From: Phycisphaerae bacterium
GTDB taxonomy: Bacteria > Planctomycetota > Phycisphaerae > UBA1845
DNA: 64,000 nucleotides
NCBI GenBank assembly: GCA_963666835.2
Contig: CAXXGO010000003.1
Span: forward strand, 32,001-96,000
Reading direction: 5' to 3'
Shown: positions 18,756-28,925 of the stretch, in pieces
Layout of the letters: every line of letters begins with the position of its first letter
Position numbering within the stretch: position 1 is the stretch's first letter
The notes under the pieces: model-generated
Told to the model about the DNA's origin: nothing
Databases searched by the model: none
Seen by the model: the letters and a program-made list of their open reading frames with translations, nothing else
Position numbers and translations under genes: made by a program

Positions 18756-20453
18756 TCAGACTTCGATTTGCTCGAAGTGCTTGGCGCCCATGCGCATCGC
18801 GCATAGTCCGGCTTCTGTGCTGAACCACACTGCCGCGGCGCAGATGGCGAGGGTGACGGTGTCGGGTACGCCATCGCCGCGTTGGATCTTCGATCGCCAA
18901 ATCGCAAACCCTATAGCCGTAAGGACGACGGCCACCAGAGCCAACGAGGCCAGCAGGTTTGTTGTGCCGCCGAGGCTGTTGGCGATCCGGGCGACCTTCT
19001 GCTCTTCGAACAAGGGCAGGCGGGCTCCGATTCCGACGGCGAATCCACACAGACCGAAGCAGATGGCGCCGACAACCACCAGGTGGATAATCGTCCAGAC
19101 CCAGTCGAGTTGGAGTTTGAAGGCGGCCAGGGCCATTGCGGTGATCGCTCCGGTGAGGGTCACGGTCATGGCGAAGGCGAGCTTGGCACGCAGGATCCGC
19201 GTGCGCGACATCGGCAGCAAGCCGATCAGCCAGAGATTGTGACCTTCCAGCGAAATCAGCGGGTAGACGAAGCGGCAGGTGAACGTCGCGAGAATCAGAC
19301 TGATAGCGCAGAGATTCAGAAACGGGATGATCTCCGCCCAGACGAGCAGAGCATCGAACTGCTGCCGTAGCGTCGGCATGTTAGTCAGATAGAGAAACAG
19401 CAGCCCGAATAGGATTGCGAGCTGGCTCCACTGCAACGGATCGCGAAGGAACGTTCGCAGGTCCTTCGCTGCGATAAGACGCAAACGCAGCGGCAGGTAG
19501 ACGAACAGCAGCCCGGCCGCTCCGCCGGAAGCTCGGCCGGCCTGATACTGATCGGCGCCGCGCCCGGCCGATACCCGATCGAGGGCTTTGTGGAAGTACC
19601 GGGAGACCACGTGCACCGCCAACCAGCTCAAGAAGAACGCGTTGGCCAAAGTCACCCCGAGATAGAGCAGGGCTTCGGCGAAGTTATTGTGGATGGCGTG
19701 GTCAATCCCGGTAGCCACCCAGTTGTTCGGTAGGAAGGCGGATTCAATGAAACTCATCCGGGCGTAGAAGGACATGAGCCACTGCTCCGTGGCGGAATCG
19801 CCAAGCTGCAAAGTGCGCATGCCCCATAGAACGAATACGGTTAAGAACACCCCTAAGGCTATGGCGAGATCTCGCGCTACCCCTCGCGGCACGAAACGAG
19901 CTGCTACCCAGGCAATGAGCAGACCGAGAGCGCCGGGGATCGGAATGAACGCCAGAAAGAAAGCCAGGAAGAGAACGTAGAAGATCCGCTGGTCCGCCAG
20001 CTCCGCCATCGCCAGCATCATGGGGATGCCGAGTACGACCAGGGACCAACTGGCCAGCACCAGACTCTCAAGGTACTTGAGTGTGACTACGTCCAACGGT
20101 GTTAACGGCGCGGTCAATAGATACGCCGATTCGTCTTTTTCGAAAAGGGCGCTGTAGGCAATCAGCGCGTTCGAGAAGGTGAGCAAGGTCAGCATGACGA
20201 TGAAGAAGAAATTGAACACCAGTGGGATGGCCACGGTCGCCTCCAGCGGAGTGCGCTGAAGCTGGGCGAAGATGGCGTGGAACAGGAAGTAGAGCCCCAT
20301 CCAGATCGTAGCGATCAACACGACCGCGGTGCTAATCCGCAGCGGAGCGTCGTTGACGGCTTGCCGGGATCTATTCCACAGAGCTCGCGTTTTGGCGCGC
20401 AGAAGCAAGCCAAGCAGAGGACGGGACGAGATTTTCACCGGGTCGTCAGGCAT
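18756..20453 (-). CDS. Putative ABC transporter permease (multi-TM, ABC_tran_2-like)
   Basis: About 12 TM helices; YLLTAPL..LKYLE, KDLRTFLRDPLQWSQ, ISLEG..LWLIGLLP motifs; overlaps the ATPase gene; start ATG 20453. Confidence 0.8.
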   Translation of the reverse strand: MPDDPVKISSRPLLGLLLRAKTRALWNRSRQAVNDAPLRISTAVVLIATIWMGLYFLFHAIFAQLQRTPLEATVAIPLVFNFFFIVMLTLLTFSNALIAYSALFEKDESAYLLTAPLTPLDVVTLKYLESLVLASWSLVVLGIPMMLAMAELADQRIFYVLFLAFFLAFIPIPGALGLLIAWVAARFVPRGVARDLAIALGVFLTVFVLWGMRTLQLGDSATEQWLMSFYARMSFIESAFLPNNWVATGIDHAIHNNFAEALLYLGVTLANAFFLSWLAVHVVSRYFHKALDRVSAGRGADQYQAGRASGGAAGLLFVYLPLRLRLIAAKDLRTFLRDPLQWSQLAILFGLLFLYLTNMPTLRQQFDALLVWAEIIPFLNLCAISLILATFTCRFVYPLISLEGHNLWLIGLLPMSRTRILRAKLAFAMTVTLTGAITAMALAAFKLQLDWVWTIIHLVVVGAICFGLCGFAVGIGARLPLFEEQKVARIANSLGGTTNLLASLALVAVVLTAIGFAIWRSKIQRGDGVPDTVTLAICAAAVWFSTEAGLCAMRMGAKHFEQIEV

Positions 20454-21198
20454 CACTTTCCTCGGTGAGCTGCAGGAAGATCTCTTCGAGCGTCCGCTCG
20501 CGCTTCGCCCGGGCACGCAGTTCCTCAAGCGTGCCGACCGTGATCAGGTCCCCACGATGGATGATGCCGATTCGGTCGGCCACCGCTTCGGCAATGTCCA
20601 ACGTGTGGGTGCTCATGAATACCGTCTTGCCGCTTCGGGTGTGTTCGATGAACAGGCTTTTTACTTCACGTATTGTCCGGGGGTCCAGACCCACCATCGG
20701 CTCATCGATGACCAGGACTGTGGGGTCGTGCAATAGAGAGGCGGCCAGAACGATTTTCTGCTTCATGCCGTGGCTATAGCTGACCGTAAGCTGATCGAGA
20801 AACTCGCCGATATCCAGCCGCCGAATCAACAACGCAAGTCTCTGATCGCGCTGCTCGGCGGGGATGTTGTACATCTCGGCTACAAAGCGCAGAAACTCCC
20901 GCCCGGTGAGTCGTTCATAGAGAAAAGGCTGATCCGGCACATAGGCGATCTGCGCCTTGGCGGCTAAGCCGTTTGAGGCAATGTTGTGCCCGCAAACGTG
21001 AACCTCCCCGGCGTTAGGGCGTAACAGGCCGACGATCATCTTGATGGTCGTCGTCTTTCCCGCCCCGTTAGGACCCAAGAACGCGAAAAGCTCTCCCCGG
21101 CGAATCTCGAGCGAGAGCTCCCGCACGGCCACGGTTGTACCGAAACACTTGCGGGCGCCCGACAGGGCGATTGCGAGATCTTGAGGGTTGTCCGCCAT
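20446..21198 (-). CDS. ABC transporter ATP-binding protein
   Basis: Walker A GPNGAGKTT, signature YSHGMKQK, Walker B LVIDEPMVGLDP, H-loop MSTH. Confidence 0.95.
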   Translation of the reverse strand: MADNPQDLAIALSGARKCFGTTVAVRELSLEIRRGELFAFLGPNGAGKTTTIKMIVGLLRPNAGEVHVCGHNIASNGLAAKAQIAYVPDQPFLYERLTGREFLRFVAEMYNIPAEQRDQRLALLIRRLDIGEFLDQLTVSYSHGMKQKIVLAASLLHDPTVLVIDEPMVGLDPRTIREVKSLFIEHTRSGKTVFMSTHTLDIAEAVADRIGIIHRGDLITVGTLEELRARAKRERTLEEIFLQLTEESDA

Positions 21199-21212
21199 TT
21201 CCGTCTCCGAGG

Positions 21213-22025
21213 TTACCGCCTTATGTTGGTTCTGCGCGCCGCCAGGCGAGCCCGCTCGTCGTAGTTGGCTTCACGAACGATCCGGGTCCGCCCGATTACC
21301 GGCAAGGTAATCTCCTGAACCTGGACTGAGCCGTTGCCGTCCACCCATGCCTTGGCATAGGGTGATTCAATGATCGTGCAGAGCACGTCTCCGGCTTCGC
21401 CGGTCAGCGTCTCTTTGCCGGTTACCTCGACGAGCATCGGGACGAACCGATCGCCCCTTTCGAGTAGCACGGCGATGGGGTTCAGAACCTGAATTCGCCA
21501 CCGCTGCCCAACTTCCAAGCCGGTCAGCGAGGCGATGGGACTAAGCCCGCCGCCGACCAACATCCCTCCGTCGACCAGCGGAATCTTGAAGGTCTTTTCC
21601 ATCGTGCCGCTGTTAAGAGTGAAGGAGAAGTCCTGGTGGAATCGTTCGCCATGTACTCGGGCGGCCGCCGTAGGGCTTTCGAGCTGGACGGTCAGATCGT
21701 CGAGGATTCCCTTCTTCGTGTACACTGAATCGACGGTCACGCGCAAAGGGGCGATGCCGATCGGTGTTCGCTCGATCCAGATCGTATCACGGCTTTGAGT
21801 GACTACGGGGTCGATGTAGTAGTCGGTCCAGATCGTGCCGAGTCGACCTTGGTCATTGAAGATGGCGAATTGGCTGCTGGCCCCTTCACCCTTGAGCCAG
21901 TCGGTTACTTGCAGTGCGGGGGCGTCGTCCGCGGTGAGCCCCGGCCAGACGTCGTGGGCCACGAGCCAACTCATGGCTGCCAGCCAGACCGGGACGATCA
22001 CGAAACCAGTGGTGCGCGTGAACAC
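21213..22025 (-). CDS. Hypothetical membrane-anchored protein, first gene of the ABC operon
   Basis: N-terminal TM (GFVIVPVWLAAMSWLV) and a beta-rich soluble domain. Start set at GTG 22025, downstream of the predicted promoter. Confidence 0.65.
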   Translation of the reverse strand: MFTRTTGFVIVPVWLAAMSWLVAHDVWPGLTADDAPALQVTDWLKGEGASSQFAIFNDQGRLGTIWTDYYIDPVVTQSRDTIWIERTPIGIAPLRVTVDSVYTKKGILDDLTVQLESPTAAARVHGERFHQDFSFTLNSGTMEKTFKIPLVDGGMLVGGGLSPIASLTGLEVGQRWRIQVLNPIAVLLERGDRFVPMLVEVTGKETLTGEAGDVLCTIIESPYAKAWVDGNGSVQVQEITLPVIGRTRIVREANYDERARLAARRTNIRR

Positions 22026-22090
22026 GAGTTTTAGCTCGCGAGGCGAGCGACCTCCCCAATTGAACAGATGCTTCCCCTTGTGACCGGAAG

Positions 22091-22127
22091 ATTGTAGGGT
22101 AAGAACAAAGACACCGTCAATTGACGG
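22091..22127 (-). promoter_or_regulatory. Sigma70-type promoter whose -35 box lies in the palindrome CCGTCAATTGACGG
   Basis: Minus strand TTGACG-N18-TACAAT; perfect 14-bp palindrome at 22114-22127. Confidence 0.5.
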
Positions 22128-22166
22128 CGACGAAACCTGACACCCTGCTGAGGCAACGCCGCGGCG

Positions 22167-22949
22167 ATGCGTACGCGACCGCTCGGGCTTAAGAGGAGGT
22201 TCTTCACCAGGCGACGGCTGGGAGCGGCCTTGGCCGTCGGAGCTCTCGCGTTCATTGCCCTTTGGTTGGTCTTTCAGCACAAGCCCGGATGGTACCGCCC
22301 TCCAGTAGTCGACGAGGCTCTGCTGCGCCGAGCCCGCACGGAATCCGCGGCATTGGTGGATGATGTCAGCCGCCAGATCGTCGAAGCCCGCCCGTTCGAT
22401 GTGACCCTAACCGATGCCGAAGTCAGCGAGTGGCTGGCTGCCGCCCCGCACCAATGGCCCGACGTTGGGCGGCGTATTCCGCCGCAGATCAGCGACCCGG
22501 TTGTGCGTTTCGAACCGGACGGGGTCCGCTTCGGAGTGCTTTATTCGGATGGTGGCTGGCGCGCCGTGTTGAATGCGACTGTTGCCCTGGGCGTGTCGGA
22601 TGATAGTGAGCACTTGACGATCGCTCTGCTTGGCGTTCGCGGGGGATCGCTTCCGGTTCCGCGGTTCGTCCTTGAGGGCATCTTGAACGAGATCTCGATT
22701 GATGGCGACACAGACTTGTCACTACATACCGGGGCGTCCGTCAGTTCCCCGGCTCGCGCGGCGGTCGACACTGCAGGTTCGCCGCATCGGCGCGGCGAGC
22801 ATTCGCGGGAGCCTCGGCCCGCGGAAGGGGCGGGGGAGCTGATCCTGATCGAGAATCGCTTCATCTGGCCCAACGGCGATCGGCCATTTCAAATTAAATC
22901 CATAAGTGTTGAGTTTGGCAGTTTACATTTGCGAGTCGTGCCGTTATGA
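22167..22949 (+). CDS. Hypothetical membrane-anchored protein
   Basis: Basic N-terminus, single TM, PGWY motif and a soluble domain; divergent from the ABC operon. Confidence 0.7.
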   Translation: MRTRPLGLKRRFFTRRRLGAALAVGALAFIALWLVFQHKPGWYRPPVVDEALLRRARTESAALVDDVSRQIVEARPFDVTLTDAEVSEWLAAAPHQWPDVGRRIPPQISDPVVRFEPDGVRFGVLYSDGGWRAVLNATVALGVSDDSEHLTIALLGVRGGSLPVPRFVLEGILNEISIDGDTDLSLHTGASVSSPARAAVDTAGSPHRRGEHSREPRPAEGAGELILIENRFIWPNGDRPFQIKSISVEFGSLHLRVVPL

Positions 22950-23126
22950 TGAGCCTATCAGGATTCGGTTCCGGTCGCTTCCGGTGGTAGGGGGCGGCGC
23001 GCGGCCGACGGTCTGTCGAATAGACGCATCCGGCTCAAAGAGGCGCCGCCACGTTCAGATGGTGTCGGAGTCGTCGTACCTCAGGTTCTCTTGGAAGGCA
23101 TGTCGCCACGTAGCGGAGGGACGGAA

Positions 23127-25682
23127 GTGAAGGGGATTAGATTGGGGTTCGTGATTCCGGGGTTGGTGGCTGTGGTGTCGGCGGTGTTCTCGGCTGCGGT
23201 GTGGGCGCAGTGCGAAACGGCCAAGCTGCATTCCCCCGACGGCGCGGTCGACACGCGGTTCGGATGGGCGACGGCGATTAGCGGCGACTACATGGTGGTC
23301 GGAGCTCCCGATGCGCATGTGGGATCCCACGCGGATGCCGGTAGAGCCTTCGTGTTCAAGCATGATGGGCTTGATTGGGTGCAGGTGCAGGAGTTGCCGC
23401 TTCCGTCGACGGAGGTGCTGCCTGGCGCTGAGTACGGCTACTCCGCAGCGATTGATGGCGATGTTGCGGTGGTGGGGGCCCGTTACCACGGGTCCTACGC
23501 AGAAGGGGCGGCGTTCGTTTGGCGCCGGAGCCCGGCCAACGCTGAGTGGGAATACGAAGGGATATTGTGGCCGGCCGATCGTGCCGCGTATGACAACTGC
23601 GGCTACTCGGTGGCGGTGGATACGTCGAGTGAAGAGTGGATTGCCCTGGGCTGTCCGGGACGTACGGACGTGGCGCTTGCCGCAGGGGTGGTAGCGACCT
23701 TCAAGTACGACGGCAGCAGCGGAGAGTGGGCAGAACAGGGCATCCTGACCGCCAACGACGGAAGTGAGGGAGACAAGCTTGGCCGGGCGATTGCCATGGA
23801 TGGCGATTGGCTTGTGGCCGGAGCAGAGGGAACGGACGATTCTGCCGGTGCAGCTTTCCTTTTCAAGTACGATGGGGCGGGAACGTGGACGAACGTTCGG
23901 AAGCTCGTCGCGTTGAACGAGGATGGTTCCAGCGATGCCCACGACTATGACAGGTTTGGCGGCAGCGTGGCGTTGCGTGGCGATCGAACCGCCTGCGGAG
24001 CGTATTATTATGATGCGGACGACGTGCCCAACACCGGGGTCGCGTATGTCTACGTCTACAGCGGCGATACCTGGGAGATTGAGGGGCGGTTGCTGGCGAG
24101 TGACCGTGCGAAAAGTGACGCTCTGGGGACTTCGGTAGCGATCGACGGCGATCGGGTCGTCGTGGGGGCGCCGAAAGCTGATCCGGATGCACTCTCCGGG
24201 GCCGGCGCAGCGTATCTTTTCCGGCTCAGGGAGGGCAGTTGGACCCAGGACGAGAAGATGATCGCCGATGCGCCGGCGGCGAGCCAGTACTTCGGCGACG
24301 CCGTATCGCTCGACGGCGACCATCTGGCTATTGGCGCCTACAAAGAGAATTCGGACACCGGGGCGGCCTTCGTATTCGCGTTGGGATTGGGCGAGGACTG
24401 CAACAACAGCGCGATCCACGACGAGTGCGAGTACTACCAGGGGATTCTGACCGACGATGACGGCGACGGCTACCCGGATCAGTGCATCTGCGACAATGAC
24501 GAGTCCTGCAATGACGATCGGGATTGCACAACGGATACCTGCAATCTGGAGACAAACCGTTGCGAGTTCACCGTGGCCGCCGGGTCCTGCCTTATTGAAG
24601 GTACATGTTATTCAGATGGCCAGGTCAATCCGAACAGCGAGTGCCAGGTATGCGACTCTGCCCACGCCGACGCCTGGACTAACGCGGCGGACGAGACCTA
24701 CTGCACGGCGGATGATAACGATTGCACGGATGATATTTGTCTTTCGGGATGGTGCGTTCATCCCCACCTGGAAAGCGGAGCCCCCTGCGGTGATCAGAGC
24801 CAGTCGGATTGCGATCTTCCGGATTTCTGTTTCGAGGGAATATGCCGCGAGAACCGCCTGACCAACGGCACCCCCTGCACGCCGGACGACAGTGTTTGTA
24901 CGTTCGATTGGTGCGACGGCGGCATTTGTACACATCCGGAAAAGCCCAGCGGAAGTCCCTGCACTCCGGACGAGTTCGATTGCACTTTCGACGAGTGTCA
25001 GGATGGTGTCTGTGAGCACTCGCTCAAGCCGGCCGGGTCACCGTGCGGTGATCCGACCGATGACATCTGTACCGATCCCGACACCTGCCTGGCCGACGGA
25101 GTCTGTCAGGCGAACCACGCTCCGGTGGATACTCCCTGCCCCAACGGGCTCTTCTGTGACGGAGATGAACTCTGTGATGGCGAGGGTGTTTGCCTGGCGG
25201 GACTCGACCCGTGTGCAGACTCCGGTTGGGTGTGCGACGAAGGCAATGATGTCTGCATGGGCGGGGCGTGCTGTCTCCCGATGGGGGATTGCGTGGAGGT
25301 TATCGCGGAAGACTGTTCGGCCGACGGCGGCATCTACCAGGGGGACGGGGTACGGTGCTCGACCGTGGAGTGCCCGGTTCCCCCCGGGGCGTGTTGCGTA
25401 AGAGACGTGTGCGTGCCGGACCAGGATGAGGACGACTGCTTGAGCGTCGCAGGAGCCGCGTGGGCCGGACCGGCCACGGTCTGTGTGGAGGGCTTGTGCC
25501 CGCTGTGCGACGACGGGGACGCCGATGCCGACGGAGACGTCGATCTGCTGGACTTTGCGTATCTGCAGACCTGCCTGGAAGAGGACGGCGTCGGTGACTG
25601 CAAGTGCGTGGACCTGGACAACGTCGGCGGCGTGGATCTCGCCGATTTTGGGTACTTTACGATGGTGATTACCGGACCATGA
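23127..25682 (+). CDS. Secreted FG-GAP (integrin-alpha-like) beta-propeller protein with Cys-rich repeats and C-terminal dockerin-like domain, paralog 1
   Basis: GTG start after GGAGG; signal peptide ending AVWA/QCETAK; about 7 FG-GAP repeats (FGWATAISGDYMVVGAP...); CxDxxxCTxDxC and GACC repeats; tail DADADGDVDLLDFAYLQTC...DLADFGYF..ITGP. Confidence 0.85.
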   Translation: MKGIRLGFVIPGLVAVVSAVFSAAVWAQCETAKLHSPDGAVDTRFGWATAISGDYMVVGAPDAHVGSHADAGRAFVFKHDGLDWVQVQELPLPSTEVLPGAEYGYSAAIDGDVAVVGARYHGSYAEGAAFVWRRSPANAEWEYEGILWPADRAAYDNCGYSVAVDTSSEEWIALGCPGRTDVALAAGVVATFKYDGSSGEWAEQGILTANDGSEGDKLGRAIAMDGDWLVAGAEGTDDSAGAAFLFKYDGAGTWTNVRKLVALNEDGSSDAHDYDRFGGSVALRGDRTACGAYYYDADDVPNTGVAYVYVYSGDTWEIEGRLLASDRAKSDALGTSVAIDGDRVVVGAPKADPDALSGAGAAYLFRLREGSWTQDEKMIADAPAASQYFGDAVSLDGDHLAIGAYKENSDTGAAFVFALGLGEDCNNSAIHDECEYYQGILTDDDGDGYPDQCICDNDESCNDDRDCTTDTCNLETNRCEFTVAAGSCLIEGTCYSDGQVNPNSECQVCDSAHADAWTNAADETYCTADDNDCTDDICLSGWCVHPHLESGAPCGDQSQSDCDLPDFCFEGICRENRLTNGTPCTPDDSVCTFDWCDGGICTHPEKPSGSPCTPDEFDCTFDECQDGVCEHSLKPAGSPCGDPTDDICTDPDTCLADGVCQANHAPVDTPCPNGLFCDGDELCDGEGVCLAGLDPCADSGWVCDEGNDVCMGGACCLPMGDCVEVIAEDCSADGGIYQGDGVRCSTVECPVPPGACCVRDVCVPDQDEDDCLSVAGAAWAGPATVCVEGLCPLCDDGDADADGDVDLLDFAYLQTCLEEDGVGDCKCVDLDNVGGVDLADFGYFTMVITGP

Positions 25683-25761
25683 CGCGGGGAGCTTGCGTCA
25701 GGGTGCCGTGGGGGACAAATGGACTGACCGGGGGCCGGTCTCATTCAACGGAGGTGCAAGA

Positions 25762-28700
25762 GTGAACGGGTCAAGAGCTTCGCTAGGTATTTCGGGGCTG
25801 GTGGTTGCGGTGTCGTTGATGCTCTGCTCGCCCGCGTGGGCGCAGTGCGAAACGGCTAAGGTGCATTCGCCCGACGGTGCGCTGGACACGCGGTTCGGAT
25901 GGGCAACGGCGGTAAGCGGCGACTACATGATAGCCGGAGCCCCGGATGCGGATGTGGGATCCTATCCCAACGCCGGCAGAGCCTTCGTGCTCAAACATGA
26001 TGGGCTCGAATGGGTGTATTTGCAGGAGTTGGAGCTTCCGCCAGTACAGGTGTTGGGTTACTCCGAATACGGCTACTCCGTGGCGATCGATGGCGACGTT
26101 GCGGTAGTTGGGGCTCGGAATAACGCATTCGGGGCAGGGGCCGCGTTCGCATGGCGCCGCAACACCGCCAACGATGAATGGGAATACGGGGGCCGGCTGT
26201 TGTCAGCCGGGGGTAGCGGGGGTGACACCTGTGGTTATTCGGTTGCGGTCGATTCGTCGAGTCAAGATTGGATTGCCGTTGGTTGCCCAGGGCGGTCCGA
26301 TGTGGCGCTCGGCGCGGGGGCAGTGGCGATGTTTTGGTACAACAGCAGCAGTGAGATGTGGGACGAGCAGGAGTCCCTGACCGCCGATGCTGCTGAAGGA
26401 GATAAGCTCGGCCGGGCGATCGCCATGGATGGTGATTGGCTTGTCGTCGGAGCAGAGGGAACGAACGGCTCTGCCGGCGCTGCCGCTGTTTTCAAATACG
26501 ATGGGGCGGGCACGTGGACGAACGTTCAAAAACTCGTTGCATTGAACGAAGGCGGATCGAGCGATGCCCACGACAACGACAAATTCGGTCATAGCGTGGC
26601 GTTGAGAGGCGACCGAATCGTTTGCGGGGCGTACTACTACGATGCCGATGGGGTGAGCAATGTCGGGGCTGCGTACGTGTTTGCCCGCGACGGTGACACC
26701 TGGGAAATCGAAGGGCGGCTGCTGGCGGACGATCGGGTGAAGAGCGACTGTTTCGGCACATCGGTAGCTGTCGACGGAGATCACGTTGTCGTGGGGGCAC
26801 CGAGAGTCGATCCGGAGGGGCTCTCCGGTGCGGGAGCGGTGTACCTTTTCCGGTTCAGCGGTGGCGATTGGGTGCAGGAGCCGGGGACGACCGCTGCGGA
26901 GCCGGCAGACAATCAGTACCTCGGACAGTCGGTCTCTCTCGACGGCGACTACCTGGCCGTAGGTGCCTACAAGGAAAACTCGGACACCGGCGCGGCCTTC
27001 GTTTTCGCGGTGGAAACGGGCGACGACTGCAACGGCAGTGCGGTCCACGACGAGTGCGAGTACTACACCGGAGAGATCACCGACACCAACAACAACGGGT
27101 TTCCCGACCAATGCGAATGCGACAACGACAACCAATGTGATGACGGACTGGATTGTACCGTGGATACGTGCAACTGGGAAACGCATCGCTGCCTGTTCAC
27201 GCCCAACCCGGGCTTCTGTGCCATCGGCGGCGTCTGTTATACAACCGGCACGGAGAATAGCGAAAACGAATGCCAGGTCTGTGACGAGGGCGACCCCAAG
27301 GTCTGGAGTAAGAAGGCCGACGACACTGCTTGTACGTCGGATGGCAACGAGTGTACCGAGGACGTCTGCCTGGCCGGGGCTTGCGAACACCCGAACATGC
27401 CCGACATAACCGTCTGCGGCGACCAGACCGAGACGTTCTGTGACGGGGCGGATTTCTGTTGGCAAGGAACCTGTCGGGATAACAAGCTTATGGATGGCAC
27501 CCCGTGCGATCCGGACGGCAAGGACTGCACGTACGACAGGTGCGACGACGGCGTGTGTGTTCATCCGAACAAGCCGGTCGGCACACCCTGCGGCGAGAGC
27601 GCCGACGATGAATGTACCGATCCGGACTGGTGCCTGGCTGATGGCACATGTTGGCCGAACGATGAACCGGCCGGGACATCGTGTTCGGACGGTCTGGCCT
27701 GTAACGGTCACGAAACATGCAGCGGCGACGGGGTCTGCGAGGCCGGCGAGCCGGAATGCAACCGGGCGGGCTTGGTCTGTGAGGAGACCGTTGAAGACCC
27801 GTTCTTTGTCTGCCTATGCCAAGACGCTGCGGCATGCGACGATGGTCTCTTCTGCACCGGTGTCGAGACCTGCGAAGATGGGATCTGTGTTTCCAGCGGC
27901 GATCCGTGCGATGCGGTCGGGCTGGCCTGTGATGAAGTCGACGATGTCTGCCGATGCAGCGCTGCGATAGCGTGCGATGACGGTATCTTCTGCAACGGTT
28001 CCGAAGATTGTGTTGATGGCGTATGCGTTGCCGGCACACCGATAGACTGCAGCGATGGCATCGATTGCACGGCCGACGTCTGCAGCGAGATTCCCGACGG
28101 GTATACGTGTTCCCACGATCCGAACGATGCGCTTTGCGATAACGGCGTGTTCTGCGACGGGGCGGAAGTTTGTGTTTCTCTGGATGGCTGCGTGGCCGGG
28201 ACATACCCCTGTGAGTGGGGCGAGATTTGTGACGAAGAAAACGACGTGTGCATCACGTGCGATTATGACGAGGACTGTGACGACGGCGATGAGTGTACGG
28301 CCGATCAGTGTCTTGACGGCAAGTGCGTTCATACGCTGCAGCCGTGGTGCGGCGTGGGGGCCTGCTGTCTCGGTGGCGGTTGCCTGGAGCATCTGAGCTG
28401 GGATTTCTGCGGATTAGTGCTAGGCGGCGTTTTCGGTGGCGATGGGACAGTGTGCGACGACGGCGTGTGCGAGCCGGGGGCCTGCTGCCTTCCGTTGGGC
28501 GATTGCGTTGAGGTCGTCGAGACGGCGTGCCTGGCCGACGGCGGCGTATTCAACGGGCGCGGGGTCTTGTGCTCGGCGGTCGATTGCCCGGTCCCCCCTG
28601 GGGCGTGTTGCGTATTCGATGTGTGCGTCCCTGACCAAGCGGAGGACGACTGTCTCAGCGTGGCCGGGGGCGAGTGGGTCGGGCCGGCCACGGTTTGCAC

Positions 28701-28896
28701 GGATGGACTTTGTCCATTGTGCTACGACGGGGACGCCGATGCCGACGGCGACGTAGATTTGCTGGACTTTGCGTACCTGCAGATTTGCCTTGATTGGGAA
28801 GGCGTAGGTGACTGCAAGTGCGTGGACATGGACAACGCCGGCGGCGTGGATCTAACGGACTTCGGGTACTTCCGTGCGGCAATAACGGGTCCGTGA
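25762..28896 (+). CDS. Secreted FG-GAP beta-propeller / Cys-rich / dockerin-like protein, paralog 2 (longest stalk)
   Basis: Same architecture as paralog 1 with extra CDDGxFCxGxExC repeats; GTG start after GGAGG. Confidence 0.85.
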   Translation: MNGSRASLGISGLVVAVSLMLCSPAWAQCETAKVHSPDGALDTRFGWATAVSGDYMIAGAPDADVGSYPNAGRAFVLKHDGLEWVYLQELELPPVQVLGYSEYGYSVAIDGDVAVVGARNNAFGAGAAFAWRRNTANDEWEYGGRLLSAGGSGGDTCGYSVAVDSSSQDWIAVGCPGRSDVALGAGAVAMFWYNSSSEMWDEQESLTADAAEGDKLGRAIAMDGDWLVVGAEGTNGSAGAAAVFKYDGAGTWTNVQKLVALNEGGSSDAHDNDKFGHSVALRGDRIVCGAYYYDADGVSNVGAAYVFARDGDTWEIEGRLLADDRVKSDCFGTSVAVDGDHVVVGAPRVDPEGLSGAGAVYLFRFSGGDWVQEPGTTAAEPADNQYLGQSVSLDGDYLAVGAYKENSDTGAAFVFAVETGDDCNGSAVHDECEYYTGEITDTNNNGFPDQCECDNDNQCDDGLDCTVDTCNWETHRCLFTPNPGFCAIGGVCYTTGTENSENECQVCDEGDPKVWSKKADDTACTSDGNECTEDVCLAGACEHPNMPDITVCGDQTETFCDGADFCWQGTCRDNKLMDGTPCDPDGKDCTYDRCDDGVCVHPNKPVGTPCGESADDECTDPDWCLADGTCWPNDEPAGTSCSDGLACNGHETCSGDGVCEAGEPECNRAGLVCEETVEDPFFVCLCQDAAACDDGLFCTGVETCEDGICVSSGDPCDAVGLACDEVDDVCRCSAAIACDDGIFCNGSEDCVDGVCVAGTPIDCSDGIDCTADVCSEIPDGYTCSHDPNDALCDNGVFCDGAEVCVSLDGCVAGTYPCEWGEICDEENDVCITCDYDEDCDDGDECTADQCLDGKCVHTLQPWCGVGACCLGGGCLEHLSWDFCGLVLGGVFGGDGTVCDDGVCEPGACCLPLGDCVEVVETACLADGGVFNGRGVLCSAVDCPVPPGACCVFDVCVPDQAEDDCLSVAGGEWVGPATVCTDGLCPLCYDGDADADGDVDLLDFAYLQICLDWEGVGDCKCVDMDNAGGVDLTDFGYFRAAITGP

Positions 28897-28925
28897 GGCG
28901 GGGGCGACGCGACGTACGAGGCCGA

